Shown in pieces: positions 53,325-63,844 of a stretch of 64,000 nt of DNA; positions within the stretch are counted from its first letter, which is position 1; each line of letters begins with the position of its first letter. Made by a program: the position numbers and the translations under genes. Under the pieces are notes generated by a model. It saw only the letters and a program-made list of their open reading frames with translations. It had not been told where the DNA came from and did not search any database. The stretch comes from a virus. The stretch covers positions 1 through 64,000 of IMG/VR virus record IMGVR_UViG_3300043256_000274, one strand, 5' to 3'.

Positions 53325-53668
53325 CAGGAGGGAGGTTTAGACCAGCGCGAGCTCGGCCTCGTCGAAGACGGGGCAGAAGTCGGGCACGGTCACGTTGCGT
53401 TTGGCTGGTAAAGGCCGTAGGCAACCCCTTGCGCACAACTTTTCTCTAGGTGCGTGCTCTAGTTGTAAGGTGGAGGGTTGCTACGTGTGGTCCCCCTCCG
53501 GAGACCAAACTGACGGGCGTAGCTCCTAGGCAGGGCCGGTGGTCGGTGATCCCTTCCCTGCCTGGACCCGTTCATACAGTCACCGTGGGTCCGTGTAAGG
53601 TGGGGGTAGCTCCCGTGCGGTTCCATCCACACAACCGCCGCCCCCTGGGTCCAAGATAGCTACTTGGT
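53325..53668 (-). ncRNA. Candidate structured RNA ending in a tmRNA-tag-like frame
   Basis: ~340-nt gap; helices GGACCC/GGGTCC, AGGCAGGG/CCCTGCCT, GGTCTCC/GGGGACC, ACAACT/AGTTGT; repeated CCACCTTACA. Confidence 0.45.
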
Positions 53669-54511
53669 CTAGTAGGGCTCGTTCTCGCCGCCCGTGCCGC
53701 CTTCGCCGGCGCCTTCAGTGTCGAAGGCGATGTTGGCCACGCCGTTGTCGAAGTCATCCGCCAGGGCCTTGCCCAGGGGGTAGATGACCTTGGCGACGTC
53801 GCTGGCCGGAAGGATCACACTGGCCGCGATGCCGTCCTTGAAGACGTTGCCGTCATACCCGAGGGGCATGAGGCGGAAGTTGAAGCTCGTACCCTTCGCG
53901 GCCGGGTTCACGACGGACGTGATACGGAGCGGGAAGGCGTACAGCGGAGCGTCGCCGGGGATCTTTCGGATCTCGCCGATCGACTCCTTGTAGGCCTTGA
54001 TCTTCGTGGACGTGAACGAGATGATCGCCATGCCAGTCGGCTCGGCGAGGCTCTCGGCTGACGTCAGAAAACCGATGACGTAGAACGTCTCGATCAGGCG
54101 ATCACCGTCCGGTGTCACCATCTCGTTGAAGGCGAACCTCCGTGCTGCGGCCTTGACGACCTCGTCGCTCGGGCTGAATTTCCCGACGATGGTCCCGCTT
54201 CCCGGCTCGCCCCTCCACGCCACGTAGACGCGGGCGGTGTTGCAGGGAATGAAGACGACGCCTTCGGTGCCGTCGTACAGTTGCTTGGACACGGAGTCCA
54301 TCAGCATCCCCGGCTCGGCGCCTTCGACCTTCTTGGAAGGATCGGAGATGACCTTGCTCAGGGCTTGGAGAAGAGACAGGAACGGAATCGCCTGGTCGGC
54401 GCTCGTCATGTTCTTCGTTCCGGTTCCGGCGTGCTCGCCGAAGTCGACTGTTGCGAGAGCGCCGGCGTCGGCGATCGTGGTGAGGGCTTTCGTAGCTTTC
54501 TTGGTGGCCAT
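53669..54511 (-). CDS. Phage ssDNA-binding protein (YuA-like replication module)
   Basis: D..IPFL.LLQ.LS, GA.PG, I.F.STK.K, acidic tail ending PY; position after helicase. Confidence 0.65.
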   Translation of the reverse strand: MATKKATKALTTIADAGALATVDFGEHAGTGTKNMTSADQAIPFLSLLQALSKVISDPSKKVEGAEPGMLMDSVSKQLYDGTEGVVFIPCNTARVYVAWRGEPGSGTIVGKFSPSDEVVKAAARRFAFNEMVTPDGDRLIETFYVIGFLTSAESLAEPTGMAIISFTSTKIKAYKESIGEIRKIPGDAPLYAFPLRITSVVNPAAKGTSFNFRLMPLGYDGNVFKDGIAASVILPASDVAKVIYPLGKALADDFDNGVANIAFDTEGAGEGGTGGENEPY

Positions 54512-54576
54512 GGTTGGCTTACCTCTTCGTAGTTGACAGTTTGTTGACTCGCGGGATTGAAGGCTCCCGCCGTGGC

Positions 54577-55161
54577 CTATTTCTTCGAGACCTTCGCGTG
54601 TTTGAACTCGCGGATCTGGAAGATGTCTCTCGGCAGTGCTTCACCCTCGAAGCCTTCCTCGGCTTCGGCTACGAGGCGCTTCTTCACGAAGGCCGTCAGG
54701 GTAGACGACTCGACCTTCATGGTCTGGCGTGCGTTGGCACCGAACTCAGTCTCCAGGTTGTCGAGCAGGTCGTTGGCTCGCTTTCCTTCGGAGGCGGCGA
54801 ACGCTACCTCGACGGTGCGCTTGATGTTGCCGCCGTGGCCGTGCTCCATCATCCACGCATGTCCTTTCGGCCGGCTCGCTTCGGGCAGACTGGCACGGAC
54901 GACGTCCTTGACCTGGATCTTTCGGCCGTCCGACGTGTGCAGGATCGGCTGTTTGAGTTCGAGCATGAGCTCAGGGAGTTCGTGCTCGACGATGCCTTGC
55001 ATCCGTGCCGACCTCTGGGCAAGCACGGCTGCAGCCTCCGAGACTGCAACTTCGGCGATCTCGAGTTCCCGCACAAGGGCGGTCAGTTGCTCCAGCTTGT
55101 CGGACGAGGGGGCGACAGCGTGGTCACCGAAATCGACTCCGGTGAGGTCGGGACTGGTCAT
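54577..55161 (-). CDS. Conserved phage replication-module protein
   Basis: LPELM, W....GHG..IK, V..STL.AFVK. Confidence 0.7.
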   Translation of the reverse strand: MTSPDLTGVDFGDHAVAPSSDKLEQLTALVRELEIAEVAVSEAAAVLAQRSARMQGIVEHELPELMLELKQPILHTSDGRKIQVKDVVRASLPEASRPKGHAWMMEHGHGGNIKRTVEVAFAASEGKRANDLLDNLETEFGANARQTMKVESSTLTAFVKKRLVAEAEEGFEGEALPRDIFQIREFKHAKVSKK

Positions 55162-55208
55162 AGGTTCTCCTGAGAGGGGTGTGAGTATGCAGAATCCTAC
55201 CACATGGT

Positions 55209-56684
55209 TCAGATCCAGGCGCGTATTTCGTCACCTTGGACGAAGGCAGCCATTTCGTGCTTCTTGCGAAGGACGTCGATGATCGCGGTGTCCACGGTGT
55301 CGACGGCTGCGAGGTCGATGATGTGGACCGGATCGGTCTGGCCGATCCGGTGGAACCTGTCTTCGCTCTGAATCCGTCGAGACAAGCGGTAACCATTGTT
55401 GTAGTAGATCATCGTCTTCGCGCACGTCAGGGTGAGTCCTTCGCTTCCCTTCGCAGGGTTCGCGACGAACACCTGAGCATCGCCCGCTTTGAAAGAATCA
55501 ACGGCTTCGCCCATCTGGGTTTCGTTGCACTGGCCATCATAGCGGACTGCAGCGATTTTCGCGTCCCGAAGGGCCGCGAGAATCGCTGTAATATCCTGCC
55601 TGTACTTCGCCCACACGATGACCTGATGTCCGGCTTCTTCCACACACTCCAGGAGTAGTTCCACGCGTAGGTTACGGTCTCCCAGCGGGATGAGACTCTC
55701 GTCATCGTCGGACGGAAGATACCCCGAGGTTATCTGTTGCAGTCTGAGTATCCGTGTGATAGCCAGATCGGTCGACAACATTTCGCCGGAGTCCAGGATC
55801 GTGAAGTGCTGCGCCTGGAGATCCTTGTACGCTCGCCACTGCGCCGGTGTCATATCGAAGTAGCGCTTCGAGTACAGCTTCGGCGGCAGGTCAAGTACGT
55901 CCTCCTTGCGCAGCCGGGATCCGTAGCGAGCGACGATCCTCTTGAGCAGGTCAAGATTCCGGTACTCGACGAGCATAGGGAACTCACGCTCCTTGACCTT
56001 GCCTTCCTTGTCCGTGTAAAGCATGCTCTGTTTCTTCCAGATGCCGAACGTGTTCTTGAATGCACCGAAGTCGCTACAGCCGATCTCGAACCACACGGTA
56101 GGATCAAGGAACCTAATCTGGTTGTAGACGTCGAACGGCTTGTCATCAACGATGGTGCCAGTAAGGATGCGGCGGTACGGGCACGCCTTACTGGAGCCAG
56201 AGATCCGCATGGACCTCTTCGAGCCAGGGGTCTTGATCCTGGGCGACTCGTCAAGCGCGTACATGCACGGTCGGCTATCCATGTAGGCCTTCCAGAACGA
56301 CCGGCCCAGCTTCGTCATGACCGCGTCGTAGCTCATGCACACGATGGAGAAGCCGTCGTAGTCAAGGACTGCCTGCGCAGCCGCCCTGTGAGCGAGCGTG
56401 CTGGCCTTTGACGTCTGCCACAGGAAGACCTTCGTGCGCTCTTGGAGCTCGTCAGGGAGGTGCTGAGGAATTTGATCAACGACCCAATTTCTGTGGACCC
56501 CATTGGGCGCCAGCACCATCAGGCCGCGGATCGCACCAGTCTGCTCGAGATGCGCCGCCTCGTTGAGGATCGGCCACGTCTTGCCCACGCCTGGCTCCCA
56601 CAGCAGGCCCCAGGCAGGGGTCTCCTTGTGGGCGTTGAACTCTTCTAGCTGGTGGGCGAACGGACTCGTTTTGAACTCAATCAT
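55209..56684 (-). CDS. SNF2-type SF2 helicase
   Basis: PFAHQ, EPGVGKT, DES..IK, ILTGT, RLQQI, GLTLT.A, QSEDR.HRIGQ. Confidence 0.93.
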   Translation of the reverse strand: MIEFKTSPFAHQLEEFNAHKETPAWGLLWEPGVGKTWPILNEAAHLEQTGAIRGLMVLAPNGVHRNWVVDQIPQHLPDELQERTKVFLWQTSKASTLAHRAAAQAVLDYDGFSIVCMSYDAVMTKLGRSFWKAYMDSRPCMYALDESPRIKTPGSKRSMRISGSSKACPYRRILTGTIVDDKPFDVYNQIRFLDPTVWFEIGCSDFGAFKNTFGIWKKQSMLYTDKEGKVKEREFPMLVEYRNLDLLKRIVARYGSRLRKEDVLDLPPKLYSKRYFDMTPAQWRAYKDLQAQHFTILDSGEMLSTDLAITRILRLQQITSGYLPSDDDESLIPLGDRNLRVELLLECVEEAGHQVIVWAKYRQDITAILAALRDAKIAAVRYDGQCNETQMGEAVDSFKAGDAQVFVANPAKGSEGLTLTCAKTMIYYNNGYRLSRRIQSEDRFHRIGQTDPVHIIDLAAVDTVDTAIIDVLRKKHEMAAFVQGDEIRAWI

Positions 56685-56685
56685 T

Positions 56686-56841
56686 CTACGAGAATGATAC
56701 ACTCACTTGAGGACGAGTTCCTCCACAGCCCTTACAGACAACTCCATCATGACCCGCGAGCGGCGGCTCTACGTCATCAGGGTCATTCTTGTAGGGGCAA
56801 TCGGGACTATGACGAACGGACGAGGGTGATTCAGTAGTCAT
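56686..56841 (-). CDS. Small hypothetical protein, probably leaderless
   Basis: ATG 6 nt after the -10 box; H..DC...CKGC. Confidence 0.45.
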   Translation of the reverse strand: MTTESPSSVRHSPDCPYKNDPDDVEPPLAGHDGVVCKGCGGTRPQVSVSFS

Positions 56842-56847
56842 GCACTC

Positions 56848-56876
56848 ACCATAAAGGAAGATCCTGGAGGGGTCAA
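56848..56876 (-). promoter_or_regulatory. sigma70 promoter for the replication module
   Basis: TTGACC-N17-TATGGT. Confidence 0.7.
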
Positions 56877-56879
56877 GGC

Positions 56880-56913
56880 AAAAAGAAAGGTCCCCGTCCG
56901 GAGACGGGGACCT
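56880..56913 (-). terminator. Intrinsic terminator closing the tail operon
   Basis: AGGTCCCCGTC-TCCG-GACGGGGACCT-TTCTTTTT. Confidence 0.88.
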
Positions 56914-56976
56914 AGTCACCCCATGAAGAACGAGGAGTCGGCTCGTCCCGCAAGGCCTGATCGTAGCAGGAGGGCG

Positions 56977-57279
56977 CTAGGAGAGCAAGGACTTGACCCC
57001 AAGCCACGCGACGCCCAGGAGGGCAGCGACCAAGAGGCCGACCATGGTGAGCAGGGTCTTCTTCTTGACGGACTCGGACATGAGCCGCAACTCGCGGACG
57101 AACTGCATGTCCCGCTGCACGTCCATCGGGTTCCGGGCGTCGATGCCCAGGGTGGACATCGCCTCCACGACCGCGTCGTGCATCAGCTCGCGCAGCTCCT
57201 CTCGGCCGAGGACGTCCCCGTTCGCGATAGAATCGCTCACGGCTTCGCGAATCAGGTCTTTCAGCTCTTCCGGTTCCAT
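56977..57279 (-). CDS. Membrane protein at end of tail operon (possible holin-like)
   Basis: LGID..NP...Q.D...R followed by a C-terminal TM helix. Confidence 0.6.
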   Translation of the reverse strand: MEPEELKDLIREAVSDSIANGDVLGREELRELMHDAVVEAMSTLGIDARNPMDVQRDMQFVRELRLMSESVKKKTLLTMVGLLVAALLGVAWLGVKSLLS

Positions 57280-60251
57280 CAGACGAATAGGATCCCCCAG
57301 GCATCGGTGCCCGCTCCTGGTGCCAGCATCTCAATGTGAGTGACGTGGTTGGAGTCGGTGCTGGTGTGCTGGATCCTAATGGTATCAGAAACGGACAGGC
57401 TTCCGGTAGACCCTGTGGTTCCTCCCTGCGCGATGAGAGTGGTGAAGCCGGCCCCGTTGATGCTGATTTCCACATCGCCGGTCGTGGCGAAGGCCGTCCC
57501 AATCGTGAAGTTGTGGACGCCGGCCGCGTCGACCGTGTAGGTGGCCGAAATCTCGGGCGTGCCGTCCAGGTCCCCGAACTCGAAGTCGCCCGTCAGTGAG
57601 CTCGTCACGTCATAGTCGTGGATGAGCTGCTGTCGAGACAACAAGCCGGTGTCGCCACTCTCATCGTGGACCGCATCGAACACGACCCGGAGCCTGGTCG
57701 GCAGGGTGCCGACGTTCTCATGCAGGATCGTGGTTCGGTTCTGATCGTTGGACGCGCCGGTGAGACCGTCATCGCTGTGCAGGAGCATGTTGCTGCCCTG
57801 CGGGTCCTCGCGTAGCTCCATGTCGTGCGTCGTGTTGTTCGCCGCGGGGAAGCTGGCGTCGAGAGTCTCAGCGTCTACGGTCAACGGAGGGATCTCGTCC
57901 TCTCCGTTGCCTATCCGGTAGTCCCGGCGAATGAAGTCGATCGCGAAGCCCACGCCGTCGAGGCCGGAGCCCTGTTGCTCCAGGGCGACCGTCGTGGCGA
58001 AGCGTGTCACTCCGATGGTGGTCTCGCTGGGGCAGTATGGACGCCGGTTGCGGCGGTCCATGGTGAACGCGATCTGCGTCGCCGTGGACTCCAAGACCTG
58101 GTCGGTCAGAGAGAACGGCAGCATCTTGAGATGGACGTTGTTCGTCTCGGGGATCGGACCGCCCCCACCACCCTCGATGAGGAAGACCTGGTCGCCGGCA
58201 GCGAACGCCTGTTGCGCCGTGTCGAGCACGCCTCGGTACACGGTCTGCATGTCCACGTTGGATCCGCCGTTGACGACAGCCGACGTGACGAGCATGAATT
58301 CGCCGTCGTTCGTACCATCCCACACGTAGATCAGGTTGAGGAGATCCGTGCCGATGCGATCGGCTGACGGCGGGTCACCCGTGACGTCATCATCGAACTG
58401 CTCGAACCGGCTGATCAGATCAGCCTGGGCGTCCGGCGTGTTCGTGATCGTGATGGTCGTCGTCGGGCTGGTCTGGCCTTCGATCAGGGCAGCGTTGAGT
58501 TCGCCGATCAGGGAGAATCCAAACGACTCTCCTGCGATGGCGAAGTTGCCCGAGGGGGTGCCCGAGGAGTGGCGCTCAACGATCTTGTAGCCGACCTCTA
58601 CGCTGCGGTGTCGGCCGGAGCCGTGGATCAGGGCCGGGAACCCGACATGGTCCGGGTTGCGAGCCACGAAGCCTCTCGGCGCCTCGAAGCCGACCTGTTC
58701 GGCTGCTAGGAACGGCAGCAGGTTGTCATCATCGTCGGTCCAGCCGGTGCCCCCGTCCGCGCCGCCACTGCCGACTTGGAAGAAGAACACGTCCTGGACG
58801 CAGTCGAGTGTGATCTGGTTATTCTCCAAGTCGCCCAGATCCACGCGCGTCACGCGCATGGGTAGCTTGGTCAGGCCGAACTTCGCACTGGTGAACGCGA
58901 ACACGTCGACCGGATTCGTGTCCCAGAAGGTCCGGTCCACGATGAACGTAGCCTTCGCCAGCGGATAGCTCAGAGTGCGCAGAATACGCCAAGCGATGTC
59001 GTTCGCTATGGCTGCGTCCTTCACACCAGGCACATTGACAGTCGTCGAGACGTTGACCCCATCCTGCAGACGAATGTTCGCCGAGTCTTGAGCAAGCCCG
59101 AAGGTACCCTGGTACTCGTTCGCACGGTTGAAGAACTTGGTCCGAACAATGTTGGTCGTGTCGTCCCAGGAGCCTCTTGTGAATTCTTTGATCTTTATGA
59201 TGTTGGACTCGGAGAGGACTGTCAGGTCGTTGAGGGTATAGTCGGCTCGAGCTAGGGCTATCTCCCACTGAGATGTGGTCTGGTTGAAAAAGACCTTGCC
59301 GCTCATCTGTTGCTCAATCAACTCGATCAGGTCAAGCGCCTTCATCTGACGATCTAGGAGAAAGCTGAATCCATTGTTCTCGGTCGCAAGGGTCGCTGCA
59401 GCATCTTTGAACGACGTTATATTGATCTTCGCGACCGGCTGGCCCAGACCCCAATCCGTATCCGTGAAGATTTCGTAGAGGACGTTCGCTAGGTTGGCAT
59501 CGTTGCCTCCATTGAGCTCGGCCTCACCTACGACTAGGCCGAGACCGTTCGGGAGACGCCGTAGCTCGAACTTCCAAGGCTTGATCGACGCGCTATTGCC
59601 AACGTAGACCGGACTGGTGTTACTTGTCAGATAGCAAGTTCCGCGGTAGGCCGGCGTCTCGCCGCCCTCTTTCTGAAACTTAGACAGGTACGTCGACGCG
59701 GTCTGCGTCTCGCTACCCTCAAAGAAGCGTAGTGTGCCTTGAACGCCACCGTTGCCTAGGTCATCTCCTCCGAAGAGATTCGGCTTATTGATAGTCAGTG
59801 TAGTGTCATGGGTAACGCTACCACTGAAAACTTGATCATCACCGATCCAGATGCGCAGAAGTTCGTCCACCACGCCGCGGCAGAAGGCAAACTGGATGCC
59901 GACCTTGTATTTGAATCCCTTGGTGATCGTCTCGCTCGACCAGAGGCCAGTTTTGATCTTCTCGCGAATGGCCTCTTGGCGAAGGTCACCATACCAAACG
60001 ACGTTCGGCCCCTTGACCTGTACCGTGCCCCACAGCAAAGGTACGATTCGGTCCTGGGTCGCAGTCGGGAACTGGAAGTCACCCAACCCCGCGGGCTTGG
60101 CGTTCTCCAGATCCGGCTTCGGGCGCAGCAGCTCGCTCAAGACGAAAAGCACTATGTAGATCAGCAGTGTGATCCAGAACCCACCCCTGGCTTTTGCCTC
60201 GGGGTCGTGCTGCCAACGGATTTGTGCTTTCTGAAACTTAGTGAGCTTCAT
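57279..60251 (-). CDS. Tail tip / host-specificity protein (GTA megatron-like)
   Basis: DF.FPTA...R.VP.LWGT, GPNVVWYGD, PAYRG, AN.ANVLYE..TD..WGLG. Confidence 0.85.
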   Translation of the reverse strand: MKLTKFQKAQIRWQHDPEAKARGGFWITLLIYIVLFVLSELLRPKPDLENAKPAGLGDFQFPTATQDRIVPLLWGTVQVKGPNVVWYGDLRQEAIREKIKTGLWSSETITKGFKYKVGIQFAFCRGVVDELLRIWIGDDQVFSGSVTHDTTLTINKPNLFGGDDLGNGGVQGTLRFFEGSETQTASTYLSKFQKEGGETPAYRGTCYLTSNTSPVYVGNSASIKPWKFELRRLPNGLGLVVGEAELNGGNDANLANVLYEIFTDTDWGLGQPVAKINITSFKDAAATLATENNGFSFLLDRQMKALDLIELIEQQMSGKVFFNQTTSQWEIALARADYTLNDLTVLSESNIIKIKEFTRGSWDDTTNIVRTKFFNRANEYQGTFGLAQDSANIRLQDGVNVSTTVNVPGVKDAAIANDIAWRILRTLSYPLAKATFIVDRTFWDTNPVDVFAFTSAKFGLTKLPMRVTRVDLGDLENNQITLDCVQDVFFFQVGSGGADGGTGWTDDDDNLLPFLAAEQVGFEAPRGFVARNPDHVGFPALIHGSGRHRSVEVGYKIVERHSSGTPSGNFAIAGESFGFSLIGELNAALIEGQTSPTTTITITNTPDAQADLISRFEQFDDDVTGDPPSADRIGTDLLNLIYVWDGTNDGEFMLVTSAVVNGGSNVDMQTVYRGVLDTAQQAFAAGDQVFLIEGGGGGPIPETNNVHLKMLPFSLTDQVLESTATQIAFTMDRRNRRPYCPSETTIGVTRFATTVALEQQGSGLDGVGFAIDFIRRDYRIGNGEDEIPPLTVDAETLDASFPAANNTTHDMELREDPQGSNMLLHSDDGLTGASNDQNRTTILHENVGTLPTRLRVVFDAVHDESGDTGLLSRQQLIHDYDVTSSLTGDFEFGDLDGTPEISATYTVDAAGVHNFTIGTAFATTGDVEISINGAGFTTLIAQGGTTGSTGSLSVSDTIRIQHTSTDSNHVTHIEMLAPGAGTDAWGILFV

Positions 60252-60252
60252 T

Positions 60253-61095
60253 TCAGATCAGTCCGTTCTCGAAGATGTTCCGGTTGGGGACGAAGAAGAA
60301 GCCACCGTAGTTGATCACATTCGACGTCACGACTTCCGGCGTGAAGAACTTGGTGTCGCAGGTCGCGATGGTGTGGTCACAGCCAGCCAGAACTACGACC
60401 GTCTCGCCTACGAGGTCGAATGGGAATGGTAGCAAAAGCTGGAGAGACGTGCCCGTGTGGGACAGAATCAATCGCGCATCAGCGCCACCTTGGGCCTCAA
60501 CGAATCCCTGTGTCCAGAAGCCATCGACTTCACCATCTGCCCCCTGGACCGTAATCGTTTCGTCCACGACCGTGAGGACCGTGCCACTGAGTCGGAACGT
60601 GGTGTCCGTGTCGTCAACCTTGCAGCCCGAGTCGTAGAGGACATGGTTGCACAGGCCTTGGTAGGTGAATCGTGGGATCGACCGCGACGTGGCCGAAGAG
60701 ATTGGCTGCGTGGCGATTCGCGCAATATGGCCGTCTTCTTCGAACTTGACACTGACAACAAAGCCTTCGTACAGGGTAATTACCTCCGGCCCAGGGAAGT
60801 CAGGACGTTGCACGCGCTTGACCACGATTCGAGCACGGCTCCCAGGCACCACCGCAATATAGCGACGCGCGAACTCGTTCTCGCCGTCCGTTGTGAAGAT
60901 GACCAGGTTCTCGCGATCTTCTGGGCTCTGGCTGATCTTGCTACGGATCATCGGCTCCGGGTCATAGGTGACGGTCTCGACTACCTGTTGATCCTCAGAC
61001 GGCGTGTATTCGAACGTCTCGGCTCCTAGGAAGAAACGGAAGACCTCGATCGGTTGTGAGCTCTCGATGCTCTCTTCGAACTGTGCGAAGGTCAT
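60253..61095 (-). CDS. BR0599-family baseplate hub protein
   Basis: CNH.LYD.GC, AGCDHT..TC..KF, N..NYGG..FVP..N. Confidence 0.88.
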   Translation of the reverse strand: MTFAQFEESIESSQPIEVFRFFLGAETFEYTPSEDQQVVETVTYDPEPMIRSKISQSPEDRENLVIFTTDGENEFARRYIAVVPGSRARIVVKRVQRPDFPGPEVITLYEGFVVSVKFEEDGHIARIATQPISSATSRSIPRFTYQGLCNHVLYDSGCKVDDTDTTFRLSGTVLTVVDETITVQGADGEVDGFWTQGFVEAQGGADARLILSHTGTSLQLLLPFPFDLVGETVVVLAGCDHTIATCDTKFFTPEVVTSNVINYGGFFFVPNRNIFENGLI

Positions 61096-62834
61096 TCGAG
61101 CACCGTCTTGACCGGGCCGGTTACGCGCGTCATGGTTCCACGCTCATGTCGAATGGTGATCTCGTCAGAATCCCAACGGACTTTCTCGACGAACATGATC
61201 CGTTCCACGGTAGCTTGGGTGTGGACGCCCAGGGCAGAGTCGAGTGTCAGCGTTTCGCGAGTGCTGTCCACGACAGCCGCGCTCACGACATCGCGGAGGT
61301 CATCTGGACTGCCATCATTGTAGACAATCCGGATGCTGTCCCTGGGCTGTCGGGCCTGGACGAACTGTGCGTAGCCGGCATTGGCCACGTTGAGGATGAC
61401 ACCCGCAGCGATGTCCGAGTCGATGACCATGTCATCGCAGAACGTCGAAGAATAGAAGCTGATCTGTTTGCCGCGGAGAGCGTGCAATAGGCCGCGGACT
61501 TCCCAGAGTGCTTGCTTGCCCTTCGCCAAGAGAGCAAGCTGCGAGATGCGCTTGCTCACATCCCACGGGGACGACTGCGCGGTCAAGCCAATCGGGTTAT
61601 CCATCAGGACAATATCCCGTTCGGACTGTTCGGCCGTCGAGCCCCGCACATTGTTGCAGCCGTCGATCAGCACCTTACTTTTGTAGGTACTGAATGCGCT
61701 CGTATCAGCCAGGTCCACGTCGTTGTCCCCAACCCGGAACTCCAGCTTGGCTCGAGCCACACCAGAAACGAATCGGCTACCTTGGATCACACGCCTGGCG
61801 AACCCGGTGCGCAGCGGCATGACCAACGTGCCAGCGGCATAGGTGCTAAGTACGCCCGAGGCACATACAAGGGACGTCGGTGTGGTGCTGGACAGCTCCA
61901 GCACATCGAAGGTGTTCCGGTTGCTGAACACTAGAACTAGACCGCCGATTCGGTAGTCCGCGAAATCCGTGGACTGCACGATCAGCGTGGAGTCATTGAC
62001 TGCCAGCGGGGTCGTTAGCCGGGTGAGCTCGTCCCAGATGGGAAGGCCGAAGGTCCGTGCCTGCCAGTCGAAGAGGATGTTGTGGAAGAAGGACCGCTCG
62101 ATGCCATCGTCCTCCCAGATGAAGTCCCAAGAGAAAAGTTGACGAGGGTTCTTTCTCGCACTGATGCGCAACTCCGTTCCGTCGACGTGAGGTTCGACTT
62201 CGGTGAGCCACTGCAGACGTTCCGTGAAGGGAAGCTCCGGCTGAATCGAGAAGAGGACGACTCGGTTCAGCTCAATCGGTACATTGATCGTCTTGGGGAT
62301 CGTGCCAAAGACGAAGTCTAGGGTCGAGTCAACCACTGGCTGCCCGTTGGTCGAGACCTCAAGCGTCAGAGTCAGACCACCATCTGATTGTGGCACGAAG
62401 GTGTGATCAAACGTCGGTAGGCCGAGAAGAGTCACGCCGGCACCGGCGTTGTTGACGAAGGCTGTCCAGTCGTGATCGGTTCGCCGGAACGCGCTGTAGA
62501 CTTCGAGCGGAGCGCTCTGATTCGACAGGATGTTACCGAAGTCGAAGTCACGCGGGATAATCGTGAAACATTCCCACCAGGTCTCGAACCCGACTGCCGC
62601 TTGCTCTCCCAAGAGGCCGTTGCTGCGCTCGATGATCGGCGGAGTGACCTTGCCCACACCGCCGACGATCGTAGATTCGACGAACGGATGGTCCTGACTC
62701 ACCGCCAATGGATCGTCAACAGTCAGAGTGTTCACGGGTCGCAAGTTGGCGTAGACAGCAGCCCTACGCCCCGGCGTACCACCGAAGATCACGGTGGGGG
62801 GCGCGAACACCAAACCATTGTCCCTTACGACCAT
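61092..62834 (-). CDS. Virion structural (distal tail-like) protein
   Basis: ERLQWLT.V....G.E.R.S.R..PR, L..LRG.Q..F. Confidence 0.75.
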   Translation of the reverse strand: MVVRDNGLVFAPPTVIFGGTPGRRAAVYANLRPVNTLTVDDPLAVSQDHPFVESTIVGGVGKVTPPIIERSNGLLGEQAAVGFETWWECFTIIPRDFDFGNILSNQSAPLEVYSAFRRTDHDWTAFVNNAGAGVTLLGLPTFDHTFVPQSDGGLTLTLEVSTNGQPVVDSTLDFVFGTIPKTINVPIELNRVVLFSIQPELPFTERLQWLTEVEPHVDGTELRISARKNPRQLFSWDFIWEDDGIERSFFHNILFDWQARTFGLPIWDELTRLTTPLAVNDSTLIVQSTDFADYRIGGLVLVFSNRNTFDVLELSSTTPTSLVCASGVLSTYAAGTLVMPLRTGFARRVIQGSRFVSGVARAKLEFRVGDNDVDLADTSAFSTYKSKVLIDGCNNVRGSTAEQSERDIVLMDNPIGLTAQSSPWDVSKRISQLALLAKGKQALWEVRGLLHALRGKQISFYSSTFCDDMVIDSDIAAGVILNVANAGYAQFVQARQPRDSIRIVYNDGSPDDLRDVVSAAVVDSTRETLTLDSALGVHTQATVERIMFVEKVRWDSDEITIRHERGTMTRVTGPVKTVLE

Positions 62835-63844
62835 CAGGCAGAGACTTGCTTGTAGGCGATACCGTTGAACGCGGTAGTCGCAACGCCCCCACCGATGTCG
62901 CGTTGCCTCGCCGGGTAGACCACCCAGGTGTCTGAGCCGATGACGATTTCCTCCTTGGGCGCGATGCTTCGGATGTTCACGCCTCGCACATCAGCTTGCC
63001 AGCCCAGGAAGTAAGCATGGTTGTTGGTGTTGTCGAAGTAGAAACAAGCGATGGAGTACATCGGGATGAGTCCCCTCGTCTTGTCAGCGGAGAACACTCC
63101 CCATGGAGTTGCGAACGGCCCGCCTCGGAAGCCGCCTTGGATAGCAACCTTCGCGTTGGCTGCGCTGTCGTCCGGCTGCACTCCATCGGTTCGGCTGTTG
63201 CCCCAGACGTTGCCCCAGATTGTGCCGCCAGGTTGGTTCGGCATCCCGGTAATACGCATGGTCGCTTGCTGACGTTCGTCTGTACTCACAACTGACTGAG
63301 CGAGTCCATCGAGCAACCAGTTGGAAGTCGTGGCGAGTTCGGTGCCGGAGTCATGAGTGTTGCCGTACAGGTATTCACCGCCGGTCCAGCCGTCGCCGGC
63401 CTTGTTGAGTTCGCCGAAACCGAAGTGGACGAAGATGTCCGTGCTCGTCTCGACGACGATGTGGACATAGGTGGGACCGGAGTCATTCTCGAAGATCGCG
63501 TAGTGAGGGAATGGTCCGTCGCCCAGCTCGACGAAGCGCTCCAACCTCAAGCTCGCATTCGCATGAGATGAACTGGTATTGAATCCGTTGCCAGAGTCAC
63601 CGGTGGCGTCGCCGGGTTCAGTACCAGACGCGGGAAGGAGCACAGTCGCTTGGTGCAAAGACAGCGCCGCGGGTGGCCCACCAACCTCCCACCGGCCAGA
63701 GACGAAGACACTGTTCTTGCTCCAGCCAATGATCCCATTGACGTTATCACGTCGATTCTCGACCCAGCCGTTGGCCGTCACGAAAGTGCTGATTGCAGCG
63801 ATCAAACCTTCGAGGTCGATCGCGGTTCCGGTTGTGAACGCCAT
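62834..63844 (-). CDS. Virion structural protein
   Basis: MAFTTGTA start; H.VVE......HFGFG.L.K; I.IGSDTW..YP. Confidence 0.75.
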   Translation of the reverse strand: MAFTTGTAIDLEGLIAAISTFVTANGWVENRRDNVNGIIGWSKNSVFVSGRWEVGGPPAALSLHQATVLLPASGTEPGDATGDSGNGFNTSSSHANASLRLERFVELGDGPFPHYAIFENDSGPTYVHIVVETSTDIFVHFGFGELNKAGDGWTGGEYLYGNTHDSGTELATTSNWLLDGLAQSVVSTDERQQATMRITGMPNQPGGTIWGNVWGNSRTDGVQPDDSAANAKVAIQGGFRGGPFATPWGVFSADKTRGLIPMYSIACFYFDNTNNHAYFLGWQADVRGVNIRSIAPKEEIVIGSDTWVVYPARQRDIGGGVATTAFNGIAYKQVSA

